Assembly (NCBI GenBank): GCA_026388545.1
Contig: JAPLJS010000075.1
Location: 9,103 to 73,102 of the forward strand
Source of the DNA: Deltaproteobacteria bacterium
GTDB taxonomy: Bacteria; Desulfobacterota; Syntrophia; Syntrophales; UBA2185
Reading direction: 5' to 3'
Length of the DNA stretch: 64,000 nt
A program made the position numbers and the translations under genes. Every line of letters begins with the position of its first letter. The first letter of the stretch is position 1. Below the pieces are notes generated by a model. The model did not search any database. It was not told where the DNA came from and was given only the letters and a program-made list of their open reading frames with translations. Positions 18,094 through 27,692 of the stretch are shown here, piece after piece.

Positions 18094-21038
18094 GAGTTAC
18101 CGGAATGAAAAAAACAACGTCAAACCTGATTCCAGCATTTTACCGTAATCTGTTGATTCTTTGTGTAATTGTGGCGGCTGTTGCCTTTGTCTTCTTTCTT
18201 TTATTCATGAACTACCGTTTTGCCGTCGATCTCCGCGGAACTAACCTCAAAAACATGAAGGTGGAAACAGAAAAAAGGGTTGCCTCGGTCGGCTTTTTCT
18301 TTGCCGACCGAAAGGATGACCTCATCAATCTGGCCCTCAGCCGCGAGATATCCGTGTTCTTCGAAAATAAAGCCCTTGGCATGAGTATGGAATATGGGCT
18401 CAAATATAGTCTGCTTCCCATTCGGGAGCGCTTCCAGTATCTCGTGAATCGAAAGAAACTCGGTAGCGATGCCGTCTATTCGAGGATTATGCTGATCGAA
18501 AGGAACGGCACGATACTTGTGGATACATTAACCACGACTGGTCATAAAGTGATGCGCGAGGGATTGAAGGAACTTCTTGTCCCGAAGTACCGGGACGGGG
18601 CGATCCTCTCCATTGATGGTGGGAGAGAAATTGTAGCTTCTCTTTCTTACTTCTTTAAAAACCACTATACCGGTCAAATCATTGCCTGGATTCAACCGCA
18701 AACCCTCTATAAAAACATCCTCGGTGAAGGAGGATCTCCAAGCGATATCAGCAGTCTCATCACCAATGAGGGAAAGACCTTCCAATCTGTAGGAGTTTCT
18801 TTTCCCTCGCAAATTTCCAGCTTGCCCAATATGGCCGCGCTCACGCTTGGTGAACCTTTCGAATTTCAGGATCTGAATGGAGAGAAGCAATCATGGATAG
18901 GGGTAAAAACGCCTATTAGCGGTACACCGTTTCACATGCTGCGTTTAATTACCGCGTCGAACGTCGTGGGTAAATTGACTCCCCAATATCTCCTCACGAC
19001 AATGGGCGTTATCGCTTTCGTGCTGCTCGGCGGTGCGGCCTTCACCATCATACTCAATGTGAGGGCGAAGGAAACGGTACGGGAAAGCGAAGAAAAGTTT
19101 CGTGCTTTTTTTGAGACATCAAGAGATTGCGTTTTTATTACTTCCAAAGATGGCAGATTTATAGATTTTAATGATGCTGCTGTGTGGCTTTTGGGTTATG
19201 AAAGCAGAGACGAATTACAACAAGTAAGGATACCAGATTTATATCAAGATGAACAGGATAGACACAGGCATACACAGATTATTGAGCAGCAAGGATTTTG
19301 TCAGGACTTTCCCGTAAATTTACGAAAAAAAGATGGCAGTATCATCAATACTCTTGTTACATCAGTTCTCAAAAAGGATAAAAATGGGGAGGTAATCGGT
19401 TATCAGGGAACAATCAAAGATGTTACGGATCAAAAGCGGGCGGAGGAAGCCCTCCGGGAATCGGAACGACGGCTGTCTGAGATCATTGATTTTTTGCCTG
19501 ATGCAACCTTTGCTATCGATCGAGAGGGGAAAGTCATCACATGGAACCGGGCCATTGAAGAGATGACCGGTGTCAAAACCGAATATATGTTAGGAAAAGG
19601 GAACTATGAATATTCCTTACCGTTTTATGGGACTCGGAGGCCGATCCTGATTGACCTAGTATTTGAAACGAATGAAGAGATTGTGAAGAAATATCGGTTT
19701 ATCGAGAAAAAAGGAGATATTCTTTTTACTGAGGCTGATGTGCCTCTAAACAATCAAAATCGTGTCCTCTCGGGGAAAGCCAGACCTTTATATGACAACA
19801 TGGGTAATGTCATCGGTGCCATAGAGTCCATCCGCGACATCACCGAGCGCAAGCAGGCGGAAGAGGAAAAGCGAAGCCTGCAAGAGCGTCTGCAGCGTGC
19901 GGAGAAGATGGAAGCCCTGGGGACCCTGGCGGGCGGCGTCGCTCATGATCTCAACAATGTCTTGGGCGTTGTCGTTGGATATGCGGAACTGATCCTTAAC
20001 AGTGTGGATGAGTCAAGCCCGATAAGACCCCGTCTCGTGAACATTATGAAAGGAGGCGAGAGGGCTGCCGCGATTGTGCAGGACCTGCTGACCCTTGCCA
20101 GAAGGGGAGTGCCTAGCAAAAACGTACTTAATCTGAATAGCATCATCTCTGATTTTCAGCAGTTACCGGAGTTTGAGAATCTGTCTTCCTATCATTCTTC
20201 CGTTCGGATCAAGACCGATCTTGAGCCGGACCTGTTGAACATCTCCGGTTCTTCTGTACATCTTGCTAAGACATTATTCAATCTGGTTTCCAATGCGAGC
20301 GAGTCTATGACGAAGGGCGGCGTCCTGACCATCAAAACGGCCAATCAATATCTGGACAAGCCACTTCAGGGATATGACGAGGTAAGGGATGGGGACTATG
20401 TTGTCCTTTCCGTGTCTGATACGGGTGAAGGCATACCCGCAGCCGATCTGAAACGCATCTTTGAGCCGTTTTACACGAAGAAGGTGATGGGGAGAAGCGG
20501 AACGGGATTGGGATTGGCGGTGGTCTGGGGTACGGTGAAGGATCATCATGGATACATTAACGTTCAGAGTGAAGAGGGAAAAGGAAGCACCTTTACCCTT
20601 TATTTTCCGGTGACAAGGGAAGACATCTCCTCTGAAGCTGTTGCTGTAGCCATTTCTGAATACATGGGACATGGCGAATCCGTTCTCATTGTGGATGATG
20701 TCAAGGGTCAGTGCGATCTGGCTGCCGAAATGCTTCAGACGCTCAATTACAACGTCACAACTGTCTCCAGCGGTGAAGAGGCAGTAGCGTACTTAAAGGA
20801 GCACCAAGCTGACTTGATGGTTCTTGACATGATTATGGACCCCGGCATGGACGGACTGGACACCCACCGGAGTGTCCTTGAGATTCACCCGAAACAAAAG
20901 GCGATTATCGTCAGCGGTTTTTCGGAGTCGGATCGGGTGCATGCCGCGCAGGCCCTCGGTGCGGGGGCATACGTGAGAAAGCCCTATGTCATCGAGAAAC
21001 TGGGACTGGCCGTGAGGGAAGAGTTGGATAGAAAATAG
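18090..21038 (+). CDS. hybrid sensor histidine kinase (TM - periplasmic domain - TM - 2x PAS - HisKA - HATPase - REC)
   Basis: 982-aa ORF with two TM segments bracketing ~270 aa. The H-box reads [13 protein letters not shown], with G-boxes DTGEGI and GTGLGLAVV. The C-terminal receiver reads VLIVDD...[14 protein letters not shown]...KP. Confidence 0.9.
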   Translation: [982 protein letters not shown]

Positions 21039-21486
21039 ATGAAATCATATTCACCAGTACAAACGGTATTCATTGATTCTCAGTGATACAGCCAGGTGTA
21101 GATAAGTAGGTGAACAAAAGTCCAGCCTTATACGACTTTCGCCAAGATCAGCCTCAAGAATTGCCATTCGAAGTGTTGTATATTTCTTCAAAAAACCGAC
21201 TCATTTCTTTCAATAAACTATACGATGCCCACGGTCTTAGACCTTTGATAAATTACATAAAATCATCAGTCTTTGTATTCATGGCAAAGCAGCAATTCTT
21301 TCATTTAACAGGTTTTCGGATTCCCGATGGGACTCTCTCCCATGGATGCCGTCAAACGATCACAGCGCATAACGGAAAATGAATTATCTTGACACATAAG
21401 AACATAATCCCCTATTCTATAAGTTAGGCACTCCCCGTAGAAAGTATCTGTCAATCACCATTAATTCATGTCGAAAGGAGAAACCC

Positions 21487-22938
21487 ATGATCATAACATT
21501 GTCCAACGGTCGGCAAGTCCCCGTTGAGATGCACAAGATCAAGATTGTGCAGAGGATGAATTTGCTCCCCTCAGAGGAAAGGCTGAAGTGTATCCGTGAG
21601 GTCGGCTACAACACATTCCTGCTGCCGTCACGAGAAGTTTTCCTTGACTGGCTGACCGACAGCGGCACCAATGCGATGAGCGATAACCAGCTCGCCGCGA
21701 TGATGGTCGCTGACGATGCCTACGCAGGCTCCGAGAGTTTCTTCAAACTGGCTCGAGCAGTGAAGAATGTTTTTGGATACGAATACACTCTGCCCGTCCA
21801 TCAGGGCCGCGCCGCCGAGCATTTGCTTGTTAAGGTTTTACTCAAGCCCGGCCAGGAGGTGTTGAACAACTACCACTTTCCTTCAACCCGTGTTCATGTG
21901 GAACTCGTAGGTTCCAGAATACATGACCTCGTGCCGGACGATTCATTCGTGCCCAAAGGGGACGCGCAATTTAAGGGGAACATTGATATCAAAAAGATCA
22001 AGAAAGTCTTTAAGCAGCTCGGCGCCGGTAAAGTAGCATTTGTTCGAATGGAGGCGACGACAAACCTCATTGGCGGTCAGCCCTTTTCGATGCAGAACCT
22101 CAGGGAAGTGAAGAAAATTGCATCGGAAAACAACGTACCGCTCATCATCGACGGCAGCCTCGTGGGTGAGAATGCTTATTTCATCAAGAAGCGTGAGAAG
22201 GGTTATGCCGACAAGTCGCTACGCGAGATTCTCAAGGAAATGATGGGCTACGCGGACATTCTCTATATGTCGGGACGCAAAAGCGGCAGCGCACGAGGCG
22301 GGCTCATCGCGACGAACAACAAGCAATGGTTTGACCAGTTGATGGTCTGGCTTCCTGTATATGAAGGTTTTTCAACATATGGCGGCATGTCCACGAAGGA
22401 AATTGAGGCATTGGCCGTAGGTCTGGAGGAGATGACCGATCCGGAGGTGGCAGGGAGCAGTCCGGAGTTCATTCGTTATTTCGCCGAGCGCCTACAGGAA
22501 TATGGCGTTCCTGTAGTCACCCCGCCGGGCGGGTTGGCCTGTCACGTCGATGCGCGCGAATTTCTTCCGGATATCCCGCCGCTCCAATATCCGGCGGAAT
22601 GCTTGAATGCGGCCATGTATCTCGTCTCAGGTGCGCGAGGAGTTGAGCGCGGGACGATGTCCGAGGATCGCGATCCCAAAACCGGAAAGGAAGTCACGGC
22701 CAGAATGGAGCTGGTGCGTATCGCAATTCCGCGCCGGGCGGTAACATTGGGGCAGATCGAGTACGTCGCGGATCGTGTGGCCTGGCTGCACCGGCACAAG
22801 GACCTCATCGGAGGGCTCCGTTTTGTCGAAGAGCCGCCGGTTATGCGGTTCTTCTTCGGCCGGCTTGAACCGGTCGGAGCCGACTGGGGAGCGAAGCTCG
22901 TGAAGGCATTTCAGGCTGATTTCGGTAAAGAATTATGA
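21487..22938 (+). CDS. beta-eliminating lyase family PLP enzyme (tryptophanase / tyrosine phenol-lyase type)
   Basis: 483-aa ORF. FLDWLTDSGTNAMSDNQLAAMMVADDAYAGSESF...LPVHQGRAAEHLL...MEATTNLIGGQPFS...YMSGRKSG is colinear with TnaA/TPL proteins. Substrate cannot be assigned by eye. Confidence 0.75.
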   Translation: MIITLSNGRQVPVEMHKIKIVQRMNLLPSEERLKCIREVGYNTFLLPSREVFLDWLTDSGTNAMSDNQLAAMMVADDAYAGSESFFKLARAVKNVFGYEYTLPVHQGRAAEHLLVKVLLKPGQEVLNNYHFPSTRVHVELVGSRIHDLVPDDSFVPKGDAQFKGNIDIKKIKKVFKQLGAGKVAFVRMEATTNLIGGQPFSMQNLREVKKIASENNVPLIIDGSLVGENAYFIKKREKGYADKSLREILKEMMGYADILYMSGRKSGSARGGLIATNNKQWFDQLMVWLPVYEGFSTYGGMSTKEIEALAVGLEEMTDPEVAGSSPEFIRYFAERLQEYGVPVVTPPGGLACHVDAREFLPDIPPLQYPAECLNAAMYLVSGARGVERGTMSEDRDPKTGKEVTARMELVRIAIPRRAVTLGQIEYVADRVAWLHRHKDLIGGLRFVEEPPVMRFFFGRLEPVGADWGAKLVKAFQADFGKEL

Positions 22939-22986
22939 TTGATTAAGCGATGAGGCAGGAGGGATCATGGCTTCTGCCTCGGTAGA

Positions 22987-23134
22987 CCATTACATCCCTA
23001 TACAGTGGGTCTCATGGAATCAATCCCAAAGATAGACGGCATTTCCGGGCAGGGTGAATACCTGAAAGTAATACCTGGTGTCGTTCCGAGTTTGTACGAT
23101 CTACCCAAGGGGTGCAGTTTTCAGGATAGGTGTT
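22987..23134 (+). pseudogene. relic of a second oppD allele (about 49 codons of the 3' part, no start, diverges after ...FQDRC)
   Basis: It aligns to 16579-16726 of the intact oppD. All 7 nucleotide differences I can see (cct/cca, ctg/tta, acg/aca, gtc/gtg, ggc/ggt, aaa/aag, gga/ggg) are synonymous. The track ORF 23005-23193 is this relic read from an internal Met. Confidence 0.85.
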
Positions 23135-23400
23135 TTCGGGATGAAAAGTGCTGCGGATTGAAAGTTTATTCCCTTTCAAGAGGAATGCTGTAGTCATCCC
23201 TAAGTCAATGTTGACTGATTATGAGAAGTATGCAACATTGCAAACCGCAATTGTTAAGATATTTTGCTGTTGCAAGAAAACCCTACGATAAACGGAGAAA
23301 ACGTACCTCAACCTACAGCATACAGAAAAACCGGTCAAATAGAGTCAAACAATCCGGTTCTGTCTTTCATGTGAATAGAACTGCACTGGAGAATTGAGTT

Positions 23401-26133
23401 TTGCCCACGGAAAAAATCACCCTCTCCCAGCTCGAATCCTTCCTTTTCAAGTCTGCCGATATTCTGCGTGGCAAGATGGACGCCTCGGAATTCAAGGAAT
23501 TCATCTTCGGCATGCTCTTCCTCAAACGTCTCTCCGACGAGTTCGACCGCAAGCGTGAGCAACTGCGGAAGAAAGACTTCGCCCATCTGAAGGATCAGCC
23601 CGACCTCATCAACGAACTGTTGGAAGAGAAGACCGCCTACGGCGAGACCTTTTTCGTTCCGGTGCGCGCCCGCTGGCATGAAGCCTGGATCGACCAGAAT
23701 GGTGAGTTGGTTCCGGCCCTGAAAGACCTGAAGCACGACATCGGCAACATGCTCAACAAGGCAATTGCCGCCGTCGAAGAGGAAAATGACGCTCTTGCCG
23801 GGGTTCTCAAAAACAACATCGATTTCAACGCTGTCAAAGGCAAAACCAAGATCCCCGACCAGAAGTGGAAGGATCTGCTGGACCACTTCAACCAGCCCCG
23901 GTTCGTCCTGATTAATGACAACTTCGAGTTTCCCGACCTGCTGGGCGCGGCCTACGAATACCTGATCAAGTTCTTTGCCGACAGCGCGGGTAAGAAAGGC
24001 GGCGAGTTCTACACACCCGCCGAAGTGGTGCGCCTGCTGGTGCAGATTACCAAGCCCGAGGCGGGCAACGAGATCTACGACCCTACGGCCGGGTCCGGCG
24101 GCTTTCTGATTCAATCACACCAATATGTGGAGGAGCAGGGGCAAGATCCCAACGATCTGGCTCTGTACGGCCAAGACTCCAACGGCACCGTCTGGTCGAT
24201 CTGCAACATGAACATGATTCTTCACAATATCACCCGCTTTACCATCGAAAACGGCGACACCCTGGAGGACCCGCTGATCCTGGAAAACGGTCAGGTGCGA
24301 AAGTTCGACCGCGTGCTGGCCAATCCGCCCTTCTCGCAGAATTACAGCCGCGCCACCTTGAAATTCCCCACCCGTTTCCGTGAATGGTGCCCCGAGACCG
24401 GCAAAAAAGCCGATTTGATGTTCGTGCAACACATGCTGGCCAGCCTCAAGCCGCGCGGCCACATGGCCACCATCATGCCCCACGGTGTGCTCTTTCGCGG
24501 CGGTAAGGAAAAGCTGATTCGCGAGATCTTTATCAATGACGACGTGATCGAGGCCATCATCAGCCTGCCGCCCGGCTTGTTTTACGGCACCGGCATCCCC
24601 GCCTGCATCATCGTGGCCAACAAGAACAAGCCCGAAGCCCTCAAGGACAAGGTGCTGTTTATCAATGCCGACCGCGAATACGCCGAGGGCAAGGCCCAGA
24701 ACAAACTGCGCCCCGAAGACATCGAAAAAATCGACTTCGTCTTCACCCATAAGCGGGAAATTCCCCAATACAGCCGCCTGGTGGACAAGGCCGAGATCGT
24801 CGAAACTCATGACTACAACCTCAACATCCGCCGCTATGTGGACAATACCCCCAATCCGGAACCGGAGGATGTGCAGGCCCACCTAATCGGCGGCATTCCC
24901 GAGGCCGAGGTCGCTGCCCGCGCGGCCGACTTTGCCCGCTTCGGGATAAAACCGGATACCCTCTTCCAGCCCGACAAGGTGAAGTCCGCCTCAGGCGGAA
25001 GAGAGGGTGCCCTGGGGCAGCGCCCCGGCTACCTCGATTTCCGCTCAGGGATTGAAACAAAACCCGCCATCAAGACCACGCTCGAAGCCGACCCCGCACT
25101 CTTGCAGGTCATCACCGCTCACCACGAAGCCCTGGAAGCCTGGTGGGCAGTGGCCCGCGAAGACTTTGCCGGGTTGCAGGACGGCAAAAAAATGCCCGAA
25201 GTCCGCCACGAACTGCTGACCACTCTGAAAGACAAGCTCATACCCTTGAACGTGCTCGATGAGTTCAAGAGCGCCGGGGTGTTTGTGAACTGGTGGCAGC
25301 AAATCCGTTATGACTTAAAAACCATCATCTCCACCGGCTGGCACCATAGCTTGATTCCGGATAACTACCTGCTCGCCGCCTTCTTCCAGGTGGAGGCTGA
25401 TGAGATTGAAACATTGGAGGCACAGATCAGCGAGGCCCAGAGCGAACTGGCCGAGGCAGTGGAAACGGCGCAGGAAGTGGCCGCCTATGAGCCGGAAGAA
25501 GATGAAACCGTCACCGCTGCCGTCATAAAAAAAGCCCTCAAGGACCTGATCGACGACCTTCAAGGCAGTTCCAGCGACTCTGCCCGTAAGGAGCTTGCAA
25601 CCCTGCAAGGACAGGAAAAAATCATCACAGCCATTGAAAAGCGCATCAGAGACAGCAAGGCAGTGCTGAAAGCCAGAACCGACGAACTGGAACTTAAACT
25701 CCAACTCAAGCGCTTGGGCGGCGACGAGTTCAAGGCCGAGAGCCAGGAGTTGATCCGGCAGGTGGACGCCCAACTGACGAGCCTCGATAATAACAACAAA
25801 AACGATAAGAAGAAAATTACCGCCCTGAACAAGGACAAAGCCGCCCTCGAAGCACGTCTTGCCAGAACCGGCGCGATCCTTACCGCCATCGGCGGACAAC
25901 TCATCGAGGAGGAAGCCCGCAGTCTGATCCTGAAAAAGCTCTACGACCTCGCCCACAACGAGCTGAACCGCTATCTGAATGCCGAAAAGCGCGGGTTGTT
26001 TGCTGTGGTGGAAAACCTCTGGGACAAGTACGCCGTCTCCAGCCGTGAACTGGAAGAAGAACGAGCACAAACCCTGAAGGAACTTGATGGGTTTCTGAAA
26101 AGGCTGGGCTATCTGGAAGCCAAGACATCTTAG
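23401..26133 (+). CDS. hsdM: Type I restriction-modification DNA methyltransferase subunit, unusually long (910 aa) with a coiled-coil C-terminal extension
   Basis: TTG start with GGAG 9 nt upstream. The HsdM N-domain reads [36 protein letters not shown]. The AdoMet motif is [12 protein letters not shown] and the catalytic motif is LANPPFS (NPPF at 24322-24333). About 430 further residues are rich in heptad-like E/K/L. Confidence 0.9.
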   Translation: MPTEKITLSQLESFLFKSADILRGKMDASEFKEFIFGMLFLKRLSDEFDRKREQLRKKDFAHLKDQPDLINELLEEKTAYGETFFVPVRARWHEAWIDQNGELVPALKDLKHDIGNMLNKAIAAVEEENDALAGVLKNNIDFNAVKGKTKIPDQKWKDLLDHFNQPRFVLINDNFEFPDLLGAAYEYLIKFFADSAGKKGGEFYTPAEVVRLLVQITKPEAGNEIYDPTAGSGGFLIQSHQYVEEQGQDPNDLALYGQDSNGTVWSICNMNMILHNITRFTIENGDTLEDPLILENGQVRKFDRVLANPPFSQNYSRATLKFPTRFREWCPETGKKADLMFVQHMLASLKPRGHMATIMPHGVLFRGGKEKLIREIFINDDVIEAIISLPPGLFYGTGIPACIIVANKNKPEALKDKVLFINADREYAEGKAQNKLRPEDIEKIDFVFTHKREIPQYSRLVDKAEIVETHDYNLNIRRYVDNTPNPEPEDVQAHLIGGIPEAEVAARAADFARFGIKPDTLFQPDKVKSASGGREGALGQRPGYLDFRSGIETKPAIKTTLEADPALLQVITAHHEALEAWWAVAREDFAGLQDGKKMPEVRHELLTTLKDKLIPLNVLDEFKSAGVFVNWWQQIRYDLKTIISTGWHHSLIPDNYLLAAFFQVEADEIETLEAQISEAQSELAEAVETAQEVAAYEPEEDETVTAAVIKKALKDLIDDLQGSSSDSARKELATLQGQEKIITAIEKRIRDSKAVLKARTDELELKLQLKRLGGDEFKAESQELIRQVDAQLTSLDNNNKNDKKKITALNKDKAALEARLARTGAILTAIGGQLIEEEARSLILKKLYDLAHNELNRYLNAEKRGLFAVVENLWDKYAVSSRELEEERAQTLKELDGFLKRLGYLEAKTS

Positions 26134-26199
26134 GCAAAGACAAAAACAGCGATTCCGGCATCCTTTTGCTGGAGAGGCGCCCTGGTAAGTAAACCGTGC

Positions 26200-26228
26200 T
26201 TGACATCACGTAATTTTGTGAGTAAAAT
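26200..26228 (+). promoter_or_regulatory. near-consensus sigma70-type promoter upstream of the AAA/DUF4143 gene
   Basis: TTGACA (26200-26205), a 17-nt spacer, then TAAAAT (26223-26228). It lies 69 nt upstream of the ATG at 26297. This is a sequence match only. Confidence 0.4.
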
Positions 26229-26296
26229 CACTCAGCGTATTGAGTAAATTGTAAATCACGCTTTATCCGTGACGCTCATTCAGGAGGTTCGCAGGG

Positions 26297-27493
26297 ATGT
26301 ATCATCGCTCCATGTATCATATGCTGGTGAAGAGGCTGCAGGAACCGCGCCGGTTCATCCAGGTCCTCGCCGGGCCGAGGCAAACGGGGAAGACCACGAT
26401 CGTGCGCCAGGTTGTAGACGAGAACCTAATCCCGGTCCACTACGCCTCCGCGGACGAGCCCACCCTCCAGAGCCGGGCATGGATCGAGCAGCAGTGGGAA
26501 ACGGGGAGGCTCCTGGTTGCCGAGACGGGGGGCAAGGGCGGGGCTCTCCTGGTTCTGGATGAGGTCCAGAAGGTCACCGGCTGGTCCGAGGTTGTAAAAA
26601 GGCTTTGGGACAGCGACACCCACAATCGTATATCCCTCAAGGTCGTCCTCCTGGGTTCGGCGCCGCTCCTGATTCAGCGGGGGCTGACCGAAAGCCTCGC
26701 CGGCCGGTTTGAGATCATTCCCGTGATTCACTGGTCATACGCCGAAATGCGGGAGGCTTTCGGGTGGGATCTTGACCGCTTCATCTATTTCGGCGGCTAT
26801 CCCGGAGCGGCCGACCTGATCGCCGACCGACAACGCTGGTCGCGTTACATCATCGATGCACTCATCGAGACGACCCTTTCCCGAGACATCCTGCTCCTGA
26901 CGCGGGTCGACAAACCCGCCCTGCTCAGGCGCCTTTTTCAACTCGGTTGCTCCTTCTCCGGACAGATACTTTCCTACCAGAAAATGATCGGGCAGCTCCA
27001 GGATGCGGGCAATACGACGACCCTGTCCCATTACCTGGAACTGCTGGCCGGCGCCGGCATGCTGACCGGCCTGCAAAAGTTTGCCGCGCATCAGGTCCGC
27101 GAGCGGGCATCGAGCCCCAAGCTTCAGGTATTGAACACGGCGCTCATCACTGCGCAATCTCGGCTTACCTTCGATGAGGCGCGAAAGGATCGGGAGTTTT
27201 GGGGCAGACTGGTGGAATCGGCGGTTGGGGCGCATCTGATCAACAGCGCCACGGGAACGGGCATCGAATTGTTCTACTGGCGCGAGCGTGGCAGGGAGGT
27301 CGATTTTATCCTGCGTTCCGGCAAGACCGTGGTCGCCATCGAGGTCAAGAGCGGCTTACGTAAAGTAGGACTTCCGGGCATGGTCGCCTTTGACAAGACC
27401 TTCAAACCGCAGCGGAAACTGCTGGCCGGCGGCGACGGCATTCCTCTGGAAAAGTTCATGCTCACCCCGGCGGCGGCGTGGATCGCAGGATGA
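26297..27493 (+). CDS. AAA-family ATPase with DUF4143-like C-terminal domain
   Basis: 398-aa ORF with RBS AGGAGG upstream, Walker A LAGPRQTGKTT and Walker B LLVLDEVQ. The C-terminal half (...YPGAADL...ETTLSRDIL...ELFYWRERGREVDFIL) is typical of the AAA_14/DUF4143 family as I recall it. Confidence 0.75.
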   Translation: MYHRSMYHMLVKRLQEPRRFIQVLAGPRQTGKTTIVRQVVDENLIPVHYASADEPTLQSRAWIEQQWETGRLLVAETGGKGGALLVLDEVQKVTGWSEVVKRLWDSDTHNRISLKVVLLGSAPLLIQRGLTESLAGRFEIIPVIHWSYAEMREAFGWDLDRFIYFGGYPGAADLIADRQRWSRYIIDALIETTLSRDILLLTRVDKPALLRRLFQLGCSFSGQILSYQKMIGQLQDAGNTTTLSHYLELLAGAGMLTGLQKFAAHQVRERASSPKLQVLNTALITAQSRLTFDEARKDREFWGRLVESAVGAHLINSATGTGIELFYWRERGREVDFILRSGKTVVAIEVKSGLRKVGLPGMVAFDKTFKPQRKLLAGGDGIPLEKFMLTPAAAWIAG

Positions 27494-27501
27494 ATGTCTT
27501 G

Positions 27502-27692
27502 ACCCACAACGAGATAAACCGCTATCTGAATGCCGAAAAGCGTGGGTTGTTTGCTATGGTGGAAAATCTCTGGGCAAGTACGCCGTCTCCAGCCGTGAAC
27601 TGGAGCGGGAGCGTTCCGAAACCCTGCGGAAACTCGATGGCTTCCTCGAAGCCCTCGGTTATTATGGAGAAAAAGTGAAGAGTGAAGCTTAA
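27502..27692 (+). pseudogene. relic of the 3' end of a second hsdM allele (frameshifted)
   Basis: It aligns to 25951-26133 of the intact hsdM ([44 protein letters not shown]). One base is missing relative to hsdM (CTCTGGG-CAAGTAC versus CTCTGGGACAAGTAC). Its stop at 27690-27692 overlaps the start of the next gene. Confidence 0.85.

Noticed and set aside
21110-21382. 90-aa GTG-initiated ORF in the 450-bp spacer between the kinase and the lyase gene
   Set aside because: It has no RBS, no recognisable motif and an alternative start codon in AT-rich spacer, so I cannot support it as a gene. The spacer may instead hold the lyase promoter (a TTGACA at 21389-21394), but the -10 match is weak.
22951-22979. 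Hairpin GAGGCAG...CTGCCTC just after the lyase stop codon
   Set aside because: It has a 7-bp stem with a 15-nt loop and no following T-tract, so it is not convincing as an intrinsic terminator.
23148-23164. GTGCTGCGGATTGAAAG, which resembles the 3' end of some CRISPR repeats (...GGATTGAAAC), just after the oppD relic
   Set aside because: It occurs only once in the window, with no repeat-spacer periodicity and no cas genes. It may be chance or a lone degenerate repeat, and it cannot be supported as a CRISPR array.
23201-23216. TAAGTCAATGTTGACT, a small palindrome sharing 10 bp (TAAGTCAATG) with the MITE terminal repeat
   Set aside because: The match is too short. The remainder does not match the MITE and there is no partner end or target duplication. 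It is possibly a solo-TIR scar at the island junction, but this cannot be shown from the window.
23335-26070. Long minus-strand ORFs (23335-24114, 24115-24882, 25315-26070 and several shorter ones) opposite hsdM
   Set aside because: Their translations are low-complexity (rich in G, V, L, A, Q and H) with no motifs. They tile exactly over the strongly supported hsdM frame. Long antisense ORFs of this kind are expected in GC-rich coding DNA.
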